This document shows, piece after piece, positions 10,194 through 22,489 of a DNA stretch of 64,000 bases (position 1 is its first letter; each line of letters begins with the position of its first letter). Source of the DNA: Ascoidea asiatica JCM 7603 (lineage: Eukaryota; Fungi; Ascomycota). The stretch spans positions 484,772-548,771 of the forward strand of contig BCKQ01000009.1 in the NCBI GenBank assembly GCA_001600695.1, read 5' to 3'. A program made the translations under genes and the position numbers. The notes beneath the pieces are model-generated. The model searched no databases, was not told the DNA's origin, and saw nothing but the letters and a program-made list of their open reading frames with translations.

Positions 10194-11307
10194 AATATCA
10201 ATCAATTATTATTATTAATATTAAATGAATCAATCATATCTTAACCATTTCAAGGAACATTAATCTAACAATTTTATATTATATAGTCTATTTGTAATTA
10301 ATAAAACAATTTCTTTTTCACTTTAATTCATTATCATATTTCTTGTAGTAAATTAATCTAACAGTTTTCAGTGTAAAATTAATTTTATTACCATTGAAAA
10401 AGTGCGTGTCGAGTTGCGTTTTTTGTATTTTGATGCGTCGACGGTTTTTTATCAAATGTTCTTTGCATATACTCAGTGTTATCAACATTTGGTTACCGTA
10501 CCTAGAGTTCAGTTTAAAGACTTACCCGGCTTAAGATAATTCCATACTTCTGGCTTCTATTGTGAGTACAACTTTATTTTGATTTTAACTTCGTCTAATT
10601 TTATTTAGATCTGAAAATTTATAATAACCTATTTATAAGAAATTATATGAAAATATTTGTGATAAATAAGAGAATCATTAGTTTTATAAGTTACTCGAAC
10701 CTCCAATTGATTTTAACAAAGAATTTTTTCATCTAGTCTATGGTAAATATATTTTTATTCCCTTAACAACTAGAATTTATAAATACTGTCAACAAAATTT
10801 GTTTCAAATTACACCATGAGTAAGCTTTTATTCTCAATATTCTAAACTTCTTAATATCTAGAAGATTAATTAACAAACTGGACAAAAGAATTCTATAGAA
10901 TCTGCCCATGAATTGATTCCTCAATTTTTATTTCATTTCAATCTAAGTGATGATCCATAATTTTTTTTTGGAAATCAAAAGATAAGTTTTCAGGAAACTA
11001 TAAATTTAAAATTATTTTTTTTTAACTCAATCATTCAGCCTATCCCCGTTTAATGATCTATTTAAAAAAAAAAATAATATATATAAATTCATTCAATTCT
11101 TCTCATTACTATAATCCTATTGTTTATTGTATTCTTAAATTCATAACTATATTAAATTTAACTATCTCATTTATTTTCATTTATTGATATTCATTTCATT
11201 TTTTTTTTGATCTATCAAGCTAAAATTATCATAAAATATTTATAATTTATCAATTAAAAAATATATATATTCAATCACAAATATAAGAAAGAGATAAATA
11301 AAACAAA

Positions 11308-12717
11308 ATGATATTCAATTCTATTTTAAAAACTTTAATAACACCTTTGATATTATTGAATAACTTCAATAGTAATTCATTAATTAGTGCAACAACTTCT
11401 GCAAAATTTGATTTATATGCAATAACTACTTCTGATTCTTCTATTCATTTAAATCCATTAGGTGTAACATCTGATAATGTTTTAGCAATTGGTGATGATA
11501 TAACTTCTGTAGATATTCAAATATTAGATAATGGTACTGCAAAAATTTTAAATTCAAATTATTATTTAAAAGTAAAAACTGATAATTTATTAACATATTC
11601 AACAACTGGTTCTTCAATTTTTTTTATAACTGGAAAACATTTACATTATAATGGTTATTATACTTTTGTAGCTTGTCCTTTATCTGATGATTCTGATACT
11701 TATGAAGTTTATGTTGATACAACTGAAGGTTCTTTTTCTCCTTGTTCAAATGGTACTTTATTTTCTTTTAGAGCTAGAGAAACTTCAGATGAAGATATTA
11801 TAGAATCTTATTTTCCTTCAACTTTAGATCCAAGTGCTGCAACTGCTACTGGTTCAGATAATATATTTGCAACATCAACTGGTTCATCTGATGGAACTAT
11901 AATTTTTACAGAAACTGGCGTTACAACAACAGCAACTACTTCTAGTTCTAATAGTGATGAATCTGCAGAAATTGGTGAAGATTCAGTTACTACTATTTAT
12001 TCAACTAAAACTGCAAACGGCCAAGTTGTTCCAATTACAACTTATACTGGTAAAACTTCAACAAGTTATTCAACTGGTTATAGTTATGAAACAATTACAA
12101 GTACAGTTATGGTTCCAATAACTGAAACTTATACTTCAAAGGGTAAAGATACTGTTGTATTTTTAACTACTTATTACAGTGCTCAAGAAACTTGTATAAC
12201 AAAAACCACAACTTCAGTTGAATATTCTGCAATTACAACAGATACTATAACTTATGTATCATGTTTAAATGGCGGTAAAGAATGTAAAACTACAATAACT
12301 TCAACTTTCAAATATGCTCCTGATTCTTCAACATTTATTACACAAAAACTTAATCAATCTTCTTCTGCAGCTTCATCTTCTTCTGGATTAATGTTTTCAA
12401 TTTATGAAAGTGATTCAGAAATGATTACTTCAACCATATCTGGTAAAGCTTCATCATCATCTTCATCTTCATCAAATAAAAATTCTAGAACTTCAGATGT
12501 TTCGGACAATAATTCAAGTGAACAGATAGAATCAACAACAGCAGATGCCTTTGGTGCTATAGAAACTATATTTAACTCTTTAACATCTGCTGCAGCTTCA
12601 GTTGCCTCAAATATAACTGGACAAATTTTTTCAAGTCTGTCAGTGAATGAAGCTAATTCTTTGAAATCATTTTCAGTTTTTTCATTTATAACAATTTTTG
12701 GTTTAATGTTGATTTAA
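11308..12717 (+). CDS. Secreted Ser/Thr-rich, probably GPI-anchored cell-wall mannoprotein (469 aa)
   Basis: Hydrophobic N-terminus, beta-rich Cys-containing N-domain (FVACP...SPC), S/T-rich stalk with a TTDTITYVSC...C repeat, and C-terminal NEANSL plus hydrophobic tail. Confidence 0.8.
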   Translation: MIFNSILKTLITPLILLNNFNSNSLISATTSAKFDLYAITTSDSSIHLNPLGVTSDNVLAIGDDITSVDIQILDNGTAKILNSNYYLKVKTDNLLTYSTTGSSIFFITGKHLHYNGYYTFVACPLSDDSDTYEVYVDTTEGSFSPCSNGTLFSFRARETSDEDIIESYFPSTLDPSAATATGSDNIFATSTGSSDGTIIFTETGVTTTATTSSSNSDESAEIGEDSVTTIYSTKTANGQVVPITTYTGKTSTSYSTGYSYETITSTVMVPITETYTSKGKDTVVFLTTYYSAQETCITKTTTSVEYSAITTDTITYVSCLNGGKECKTTITSTFKYAPDSSTFITQKLNQSSSAASSSSGLMFSIYESDSEMITSTISGKASSSSSSSSNKNSRTSDVSDNNSSEQIESTTADAFGAIETIFNSLTSAAASVASNITGQIFSSLSVNEANSLKSFSVFSFITIFGLMLI

Positions 12718-15700
12718 TGATAATTTATTATTCAATTAATTTTTCTCAAAATTTTCAAAATCTTTAAATTCATCTTCATTTATCCTTAATCAATATTATC
12801 AACTTCAAGTTTAGTTTCAAAAACAAAAGAAAATATATTCATTGTTCCCCTTTTGAACTAGACTACAAAAATTTCAAAGAATAACTTTCATTCTACTTTT
12901 CTATTTTTATTTTTATTTTTTCCTTTGAAAGAAAAACAATTATTGTGTTTGGTCTCATTTTTTCGGGCGATTGCCTTTATTTAATTTTTTTTATTCTATG
13001 TGTTTATGGATTATATTACCTTTATGTGTGGTAATCTGGTTTTATGGTGTTAATATTTGGTTAAGCTTTAGGCTTTTTTTTTTATAATTTTAATTTTTAT
13101 ACAGTATAATAATTCTTTAAAAAGCTATACATTCTCAATTTGCGAGTTATTTTTTCTTTTCAACTTTCATATTTTACAAATTTTTAGACAATTTCCTTAA
13201 ATAGTCGATATATTTAGATAATTAATATATATTTCATTTATCGTATTTAAAAAACCAATTATAAATTATTAAAGATGAGCAATAAACTTTTTGTCGGTAG
13301 TCTTTATTGACAAACTCTTTTCTAATTAATATTTTTGAATATTGGTACTTTAAGGCTTTTCCTACTTCAAATAAAAAGAAAATGAATATCATCTTTTCAT
13401 TTTGCTTTTATATAATTTAATTCAAATTTCAATCTCATTTATTTCTTTTGAAGATTATTTTATTTTTATATTGATACTTAATTTTTTTTTATTGATTTTA
13501 CGGTACAGCAGTGACTCGGTACGGGTAATTCCGTGAGGTGAAGATAATTTTTAGGAATAATGAAATATTTAACGGGAAATTTAGATTACCAATCCTAAAA
13601 TGATAGTATTTGTGGTAATCAGTTTGACAAAGCCAATTTCATGAAGTCTTTAAAGAAAAGATGAAAAAAAGCAAAAAAAATTGCATTAAAGACGTTTGAT
13701 GATCTATTAGTGAAAAACCGTTGAATATTAATGAAAAAATATGCAAAGCTTTTGTATTCAATCAAAAAAATATTACATAAAGAATAACAGTGTGTAATAT
13801 AATCCCTTTAGATAATAATTATTTAATTTTGAAACAAGAAGTAAGTAATTGATTTTCGATATTGTAAAGTAATGTAATATCAGAGGCTTCTACAGCAGGA
13901 TAAGATGAAAGAGAAGTTAAAATACTCAAATAATATGCAATAAAAAGGTCATTTAATAATTGAAACTTCAAGATCATCAATATTTTATCTTATTGACATT
14001 ACCAGAAATCAAAAAATATGTACATAAATGGTTTCTACTGCAAACAATCCCTCAAGTGAACAATGGATGGAGCATCATTGTTCTTTTCGTCTTCGAAGAG
14101 ATTGTCCTTTTTGTGGTTTTAGGGTCGGAACAGCCGAACGAGTGCAGACACGGATCTGGTGCGGGATTCTAGGACGTAATCTGTGTTTAGGGCATACTCT
14201 CCAAATTTCAAAAGATGGTGGAGATGGTGAAAGTGAAGGTGAAAATGAAGATGAGTATGTCTCTAATTTTTTTTGATCTTTTCCAAGAGAAAATAGCAAA
14301 AACCAATATTAAAAAGAAGTTGCTGGTTATGATTTCAGGAACTATTGAGAACCGTGGAAAATATTTCTACCCTATAAGTACAGTAAGTAATTTTATTGAA
14401 AGAGCTTGCCTAATAAGATGATTAATGAGATTGATAATTAAAATCTTTTCAAAAATAGTTTAGTTAATATTCTATTATTAGAGCTAATTAATTCAAGAAC
14501 TTGTAGATGATATAATATTTAAAATCATTGTAAATAAGAAAGCATATATACTGACTAATTATGACTAATATTTAATGTTTCGAAAGAAAAAACAAAATAC
14601 CCAATACCTATTATATAATATATTTTTCTTAAGACAAAATTGAATTATGAGCTACTGTATATCAGTAACGTATAATGAGAAAATAAAATTCCCTCAAAAA
14701 AGGCTTTAATTTAATCAAAGACAAAAAAGTGTGGAAAATAAATAGATAAAGAAAGTTGATAAAGAATGAGAGTTAGTAGACAAAATACATCCATCTTATT
14801 GGCTACTGAATGGTTATTGATTGGATGCATTAAAAGAAGAAGAAAAAAAAAGTCACTAGCTTTTTTTAAAAAGTATTGCAAAATAGTAAAAATACTAATT
14901 GAGATTTACTTCGCTTATTTTGTATCAAATATTTGACAAAATTTAACATTTGAAGATTCGTAACTAATGTTCATTATGCTAGAATACTTTGAATACTTTC
15001 TTAGTATTATTACTAAATACTAAATATATTTTTTAGTAAGTTTTAGTAAATTCTAGGTGAATTAAGATACTCAAACTAAAAAACTGATGGCATGCTTTTG
15101 TTGCTTAATAATATTCAATAAATAGTATTATAGTAGTGGATATATACATAAATTCACCCTCTATTTTATAACGTAAGATATATTATATAGCAAATTTATC
15201 ATCATATAATATTCAAAATGCTTCGATTTTGATTAACAACCAGAGTAATCACAAGGTAAAATTACCTTTATAAGATCAAATATGAACATAAACATAAGCA
15301 TATCATTATTGATTATCCAAAAGAGCTAATAAGTAGTAATAAGAATATATTGAGGAAATTTCATTATCCTGCTTTATTTCGGTTAACATTACATGACAAG
15401 CTCCTGAAAAAAAGTACGTTTTTATAGATTTCGGTAACTATTATAATATTACTCTGTCAGATAATAATTTTATAATTGAAGCAAATTTGTTGGGATTCTT
15501 GAGACATAATGGAATAAATTAAGTTGTTTTAGTTTAAAAATTATCAAAGATAATGAAAAATGAGGTCCATATTATAAATATATTAATAATAAATATTATG
15601 TATTAATATATGTAAAATAGTAAATATAAAACTCGATAATTTCAAAACTATATAAAATTAAAAAAAGTGTAGACAAAAACATACATGTTTATTTAGTTTT

Positions 15701-15763
15701 TTGTACATAGCGCAATTAATGTTCTTCAGCACTTGAAATGTCAATTACTCTTAATTTTTTCTT

Positions 15764-16269
15764 TTAACTTTTAGTACCTCTGTGGCAACGGCGTAAGTAT
15801 TCAAAGCTATAATTAACAAAAGAACTCTCTAACAGCCAAGCCCAATTTTTAAAAGATGAACTAATCGGATTATTCCTTAATAATTTTGTAATCAATTTCA
15901 CTTTTGTTGAATCATATTTTTGATCCACATATGGTTCTCCACAACATTTTAAAAGAAAACTATCTAGTTTCTTTCTCATTTGAACTGGTAAATTATGTTT
16001 ACTTTTTACCTAACGTTTTGGAATTAATGCTTTCGTCATACTTGATTCTTCCGATTGGCTACTAACCAGTGAGGGATTGAAAGCAAATTCAACATTTGTT
16101 GCTTGAAAATAAGTAGGTGGAGGATCTATTTTTAATTGAAGTGATTTTAGTAAGATTAGTAACTGAAGGAAAAGAAAATAAAATAAGAAAAAGGTTAACT
16201 CAAATATTTTTGACAACGAGTGACAACGAGCAACAACAACTGACAACACATACATTGAACATCCAACAT
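15764..16269 (-). pseudogene. Spliced micro-gene or pseudogene (exon 16269-16254, intron 16253-16126, exon from 16125) with an in-frame TAG at 16010-16012 and a TALE-homeodomain-like remnant downstream
   Basis: GTATGT / TACTAAT / TAG intron joins MLDVQ-Y in frame to PPPTYFQ. ORFs 16010-16255 and 15764-15979 are in the same frame, separated by one stop. GTCACGTG lies just upstream (16288). Confidence 0.4.
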
Positions 16270-18039
16270 TCGATATAAGAAAAATAAGTCACGTGTCATA
16301 GTTGAAACATATTTGAATTAAACTTAAAAGAAACAAAAATAAAGAAATAATATTTGCCTGTAAAAGCATAAAAAGAAAAAGTAAAATAAATGAAAACAAT
16401 TTTAACAAAATTACATCATTCTGAATAAGTTCTTCTCATAAAAGAAAGTTACGCTCTTGAATATAAGATAAAAACTAGAAGTAATTAGGTAAATTAATAA
16501 TAAACACTAAAAGGTAGATAATAAATCATAAATTTTAAATTATGAATTGTAAATTGAAAATCACAAATAAAATAACATTGCAAGCATTTTCAAAAGCTTT
16601 GAAGAAAATTTTAATACAATTTTTTGTGGTGTATTTTTAATAATCCAATTAGGTTTTCACAACAATCCAATTTGGAGAATCCTTAAAACAATAACACTTG
16701 TAATCGGGAATGCGTTGTAAACAGGATGTCGAGGCTAAACAGAAAATATGTAAACAAGATATCAGATGTCTCTAAACGGGACAACAAGCTCCGATAAATA
16801 TGAAGGGTGCATCAAGCTTCTAGAATCAGCACTTCTTGGAGAGTTTAGGCCGCAGCCAGCAGATAAAGGATTAAGCTTTCACTAGCGGTGAACAGATGAT
16901 TTATTCATATTCTGGCGCCATAATCAAATCATGATTTCAGTTTCAAGTTCAGATTTATTCGCCGCATTGCTGCACTGAAAGAAAATTGTCAGGCAAATCA
17001 CTATTTAACACCTGATACCCAAGATTCCTGATGCTATATGAAAGTTGATATGGTGATTATAACCTGATTTTTGAAGCTCAATCGTTTTCAAAACCATAAT
17101 CACAAGATTACTGCTAAATACATATGGGTTCGAAATTTTAAATAAAATTATGAATACAATATTTTTTTTTTTCAATGAATTTGTGGTTTGAATTTTAAAT
17201 TTTATTATACAAAAATTGATTTTTCAGCTTTAAGGTATCTTTATTAATCATTGAAATAAGTATTACCTACCTTTAAAGCTTTCGAAGCTTTTTTTGAAAA
17301 TGCTAAAAGTTTCTTTGAATATTAGTAATCTTTGAAGAAACTTCCATAATTTTTTACAATCGAACTATGCACAAATAAAATGAACATTTGTTATCAATAA
17401 TCTTAAAAGAAAAAATAAAAGAAAAAAGTTAAATTAAGAACATTGATTTCCACTGTTTTATTAAAATAATGTTAAGATCTTATATTTATGAGACATTAAT
17501 TGAAATTATTATTAATTGAAAAATTTAACATTGTTTCATTTCAAGAAACATTACATATTATTTTTGAAAAGAATTAACAGGAATATTGAAATCATTCAAA
17601 TTATAGAAAACATTCAAATCATACAAATCATAAGTTTTCACCAGACTGCAGTGGTATGTTCTAAAACCTGCGTTTATGTTTTATAAAGCTCAAAAAGCCC
17701 AAAAAACCCAAAAAGTTTAAATTTAGTGCGCTGTTATACAGATACGCTTGGAGTTTAAGCTGCTGGTCAGTCTGCCTGCATGATGAGCTTGACTTCAACT
17801 CGTACTCGTAAGCGGGACTGTGGCCCCCACTAAATCAATTTTTGTATCCATAATAAACATATCCATAGCCATAACCGTAACATAACTATTCACGAATATT
17901 TTTGTAATTTATAACGTTACAGGATTACTGTGATAATACAATACTATGATAGTGTAAACATGTAAATTCTGAAGAAGAAGTAACTTTTAGTTCCAAATTG
18001 AAATCAGAACACCTTTTTTATACATGGAACACAAAAGGA

Positions 18040-18085
18040 AAGAAGAACAGAAAGAAGAAAAGAAGAAAAGAAGAAAAGAAGAACA
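18040..18085 (+). repeat. (AGAAGAAA)n purine minisatellite
   Basis: Directly visible tandem 8-mer. Confidence 0.75.
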
Positions 18086-19011
18086 AAAAATCTTGTAATA
18101 TTCACAATTTCTGAATTCTAATACTCCTAGACGAATACGAAAAAATAGTTCATGCGATTTATAATCAAATTTTCGCCTTTTTTACTTCAAACATTTCTCC
18201 ATTACCTCATATACTGTATATTAGAAATATTTATGGAAGACTTGAAACCCAGCAGTGAACAGTTACTCGACCATCTCAAAAGCCAATTTAATTCCTTGAA
18301 AGAAAAATAAGTGTTTTTTTTTACTCAATTTGAAAGCGCAGGTGATTCCCTGCAGAGGAACGTTGTAGTATCTGGTAGATAAATCTTATAAATCTTATAA
18401 ATCTCAACCACCCACTATTAGCATTATTAGCCAAAAGTAATACACGTAGAAATTCCAGTAAATTTCATTTTAAAATATTCAAAAGAAAATTGGATTTTAA
18501 GCATTTTGGTAAAATTAACGAATTCATATGACTATTGCAAGTCAGTGAGTGTATTTAGATCCATATTTCATTAAGCTTTCACCTATACAAAGTTATCAAC
18601 ATACTGTATATAAATTTCTCAAATTTTGAATTCACTGGTACTTTTTTCAAAATTGTATGCAGTCGTAGTTAGAAATGCACAATTTTGTGAGTTTATAATT
18701 TTATATTCCTATACTACAATAGAACTAGTAGTAGTATTGAGTATATTTCAGCAGTATATTTCTACACTACGTTATTGTATGTACATAATAAGATTTTATA
18801 TACTGTATAAAATCTTTCCATATATCATAGTTATGTGTACTCTGAAATTTAAACATTTTCAAAGCATTCATGTTTTTTATAATTTATATGATATATATAT
18901 CTCATGAATTTCCTCCTGAATATTTTATTTTCCCACCTTTTTTTTTTTTTTTTTCTTTTCTTTTAAACTTTTGATTTTCTAATTTGTTTTAATACCTAAA
19001 GAAAAAAAATA

Positions 19012-19062
19012 TAGAATATAGAACACAGAATACAGATATACAGAATACAGAATACAGAATAC
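19012..19062 (+). repeat. (AGAATAC)n 7-bp tandem repeat upstream of the zinc-finger gene
   Basis: Directly visible, with degenerate copies. Confidence 0.75.
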
Positions 19063-19267
19063 ATCCATTTTTCAATATATTTTTATATTAAGCTTATCTT
19101 TTTTTTTTTCTTATTATTTTGATTTTTTGTTTCTTTGTTTCCTAATAGAAATTGATTAGTTTTTAATGTATGTAATAAAAAACTATCCTTTTTATTTTTT
19201 TAAAATTTATTTAAATAACTTTTGAATTAACAAAATCTTTTAAATATATTTAGTTCATTATAACATA

Positions 19268-20764
19268 ATGGAAAAAAAGAAAAATTTTGAAGAAATAAAT
19301 CAAATTAATAAAGGAATTCAACAGAATACAAATACAAATCCTTATATAAATTACCAATCGAATACAATTTCAAATCCAAATATGATTAGTTCAACAACAA
19401 ATTTAAATCAACATTTTGATCAAAATAATCATTTTAATCCAAATATAAACCTTAATCAAAACTTGAATTTAAATTTAAATTCAGGTTTGAATTCAAATTT
19501 AAGAAATACTAATAATCAGTTAAACTCTTATGATTATCAAAATAGTTATAACTATTTGATTAATCAACAAAATAATGATCAAATTCAATCTCAAATTTCA
19601 AATCAATTAACTCCTCAAGTTTCAAAACAAATTATAAATCAAAATGTTAATGTTAATTTATCTTCAAGTTTTTCTCCTCAAAACTTAAATCAACAGAATA
19701 ATCTTTATACAAATAATAATTTATTAAATTATAATAATCAACTAATCTTTCTTCCACAATCCCAACTGCAACAACCTCTTCAACCTTTACAACCTTTACA
19801 ACCTCTACAACCTCTACAACATCATCAACACCAACAATTTCCAACAAGTACTGAAACTTCTCAATTAATTAATTTCAATAATTTATCAAATTCAAATAGT
19901 TTAAATTATATCAATAATGCTACAACTCCCTTAGAAACAACTTTTAATAATCAACAATTACTTTTAAATCCAATTCATCAATCCAATCAAACTTTAGAAA
20001 GTAATTTTTTAATTCAACAAACTAATAGTAGTAATTCTCAATATTTTCCAATAAAATCAAACTCTCTTTCTTCAATTAATAAATTAATTTCAAATGATTC
20101 AAAAAAATTATCTGAAAGTTCAGTATCAAGTATGAATTCGAATTTTTCTTTGAATGAAATCAAATCACCTTTAAATAATGAGTTTGATATTACTCAACAA
20201 TCAAGTTCAAACTCAATCTCGAATTCTAAGTCGAAATCGAAATCAAAAATTAAATCTAATGATGATCTTTCAGATGGTAAAAGTGATGAACAGGGAAAAC
20301 CAAAAGCAAAAAGAAAATATAAAGCAAGATCTTGCCCAATTTGTGGAAAATTTCTTCAAAGAGATTTAACAAGACATTTAAGAATTCATCAAGAAATTGG
20401 TAGATTTAAATGTATTTTTCCAAAAGAATCTTGTTCACATAAAACTGGCTATTTTAATAGACCATATGATTTCAAAAAACATTTACTTCATTCTCATTTT
20501 CAATTTTTCGACTATAATGCAACAAAACTTATTAAATTATCAGAAAAAGAAGAACAAATAGGCGCTTGTTTAGCTTGTGGTTTAAGATGTCAAGCTGGTT
20601 ATTGGTTAAATAATCATGTTCTTAGTGAAAATATTCAAGAAAAATGTCCAATTTTAAAGGTCGCAAACTTAAGTTACATAACACCAAATTATCAAAATAT
20701 TGATTTATTGAATCCACCTTCTTCTGGAAAGCCAGGTAGTTCTTCTCAGCGAAAAATCTTATAA
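19268..20764 (+). CDS. C2H2 zinc-finger transcription factor with N/Q-rich N-terminus (498 aa)
   Basis: CPICGKFLQRDLTRHLRIH, CIFPKESC...FNRPYDFKKHLLHSH, CLACG...WLNNH; (QPL)n repeat. Confidence 0.9.
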   Translation: MEKKKNFEEINQINKGIQQNTNTNPYINYQSNTISNPNMISSTTNLNQHFDQNNHFNPNINLNQNLNLNLNSGLNSNLRNTNNQLNSYDYQNSYNYLINQQNNDQIQSQISNQLTPQVSKQIINQNVNVNLSSSFSPQNLNQQNNLYTNNNLLNYNNQLIFLPQSQLQQPLQPLQPLQPLQPLQHHQHQQFPTSTETSQLINFNNLSNSNSLNYINNATTPLETTFNNQQLLLNPIHQSNQTLESNFLIQQTNSSNSQYFPIKSNSLSSINKLISNDSKKLSESSVSSMNSNFSLNEIKSPLNNEFDITQQSSSNSISNSKSKSKSKIKSNDDLSDGKSDEQGKPKAKRKYKARSCPICGKFLQRDLTRHLRIHQEIGRFKCIFPKESCSHKTGYFNRPYDFKKHLLHSHFQFFDYNATKLIKLSEKEEQIGACLACGLRCQAGYWLNNHVLSENIQEKCPILKVANLSYITPNYQNIDLLNPPSSGKPGSSSQRKIL

Positions 20765-21420
20765 ATAAAGAAAAAAAATATAATGATATATTATAATAGT
20801 TGTGTTTTGTTTTGTTTTATTATTTTTTTTTCAATTTTCTTTAACTTTTTGTGATATTTTGTGATTTTTTGTGATACTTTGTGACTTTTCTATACATATT
20901 CATATTCTTATACTTTTTTATTTATTTTTATAGATTACTTTTTGATTTTGAATTTTCTAACTTCTTTTGAGCTGGTCTTTTTTCATAGTAATCAACTTAT
21001 AGTTGTGACTTCTGTATTTTTATTACTTGCACTTGGTGAATAAACATGAATAGTTTCAATTCAATCCAATTCTTTACTATTTCAATTTTTATATCAAGTA
21101 TTCAATATTCCCATGAAATTTGGGTTTCTTGCCTTTGAATTATGATAAAACTATTCAAAATGGTTGCACATTTTATTTATTGAATTGATTCTTGGCTTTT
21201 GAATTACTCAGTGAACTTAAGTAGCACCGGCTGAACTTGACTTTTCCAAGCAAAAAAATCGTAAAGGACTCCTCTAATTATAATTTAGTTTCGCCGTGCA
21301 AGCCTGAGTCTTTTATGAGGAAAATTTTACAGGAGGAAAAAATTTATTACATATTAATTTTTCACAATTATTCAAAAATTAAATATTTGCTTCATAATAT
21401 TTTCTATCACATAAAGACGT

Positions 21421-22436
21421 TGTAAGATTCTCAACGATCCTACTCACCCAGTACGATAATCAATATCACCACGTGTCGACGAGTTAATAACTAGCAGCTC
21501 AAAATGCTTACTATTAAAAACCAAAGCTACATCCAACGACGTGTAACAAAAAAGAGGTTTCATCCAAACATTGGATTTTTTATTTCAATTTTACTGTTTA
21601 ATATATTGATTTAAAATCTTTTATTGATTATTAAGTTTTTAACTCTTAAAATTGATGGATTGTTTGATAATTAATTCAGCTAATTTATGGCGATAAAAAA
21701 AATAATAAGAGTATTTATATAAAATTTAAGGGCATGAATGTTAGAAAAGGAGTTGTTTAAAATGTACTGAATCAAGTGAAAACAAATTGGTGAGATTGTA
21801 AAATTGAGAAATGTCACATTTAAAGATAAATGTTGAAATTGTAGGATTGTAAATAATAAAACTGATTCATAATTGTTGCAATTATAAACTTGTAAATAGT
21901 TAAACAGATAAATAATTGTTGAAATTGTAAACTTGTAATTAGTATAGCTTATAAATAATTGTTGAAATTGTAAAGTTGAGCCTTGGTGGTGAAACTGTAA
22001 AAGCAAAATTGTTGGATTTTGAGGCTGAAAACGTTGAAGACACCACGAATTTATTTCACATGCAATTGATAGATTTATGTGTCAGAGATTCAATTGGGCA
22101 TGCTGATGCTAACCCATGGACCTATGAGACTAAAGCATTGAAAATCGGCAATAATGGTCGTTTTTATGAATGACTTAATAGTTGGATTATGAGACTCAAA
22201 ACTTGTTCAAGGAGGCTGAATTATTGGTTTGTGGGAGATAGTATGTAAAAATAACATATAAATTTGAAACAAGTTTGCTGGGGGGAGATCCATACAGATG
22301 GCGTCAATTTGATAAAAAAATTAAGAAATGTTAAAGGATAGGCTAGGACGAAATATATACGAAAATTGAAACCGTAAACGGATAAATGACAAATGGACGA
22401 AAGTGATTTCAATTTAACTTAAATCGCTTGCTTATA
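21421..22436 (-). repeat. 3' LTR (1016 bp)
   Basis: On the plus strand starts TGTAAG and ends CTTATA. About 98% identical to 26214-27228 by manual comparison (18 differences). Confidence 0.93.
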
Positions 22437-22447
22437 ATTCTCCCTAG
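22437..22447 (-). other. Polypurine tract
   Basis: Minus strand TAGGGAGAAT immediately before the 3' LTR. Confidence 0.65.
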
Positions 22448-22489
22448 GTATAGATACGTTGATTATACCTGTGTCTATGGGTATTATAA

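Larger units (their letters stand above)
9614..10286 (+). ncRNA. Non-coding polycistronic snoRNA host transcript with three introns (about 9614-9806, 9806/9807-10040, 10045-10286)
   Basis: Three GTATGT donors (9614, 9806, 10045). Branch-like AACTAAC 9785, TACTGAC/GACTAAT 10018-10028 and TCTAAC 10264. TAG acceptors end at 9806, 10040 and 10286. Each intron holds one C/D snoRNA, and the spliced product has only a 5-codon ORF. Confidence 0.75.

Noticed and set aside
16700-17130. GC-elevated island that looks like a decayed ORF
   Set aside because: Multiple stops in the frames examined and no recognisable motif, so a call cannot be supported.
21680-22412. ORFs of 108, 65 and 63 aa, duplicated at 26473-27204
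   Set aside because: They lie inside the LTRs, derive from tandem repeats, start at non-ATG codons and show no recognisable domain; their duplication is just LTR identity.
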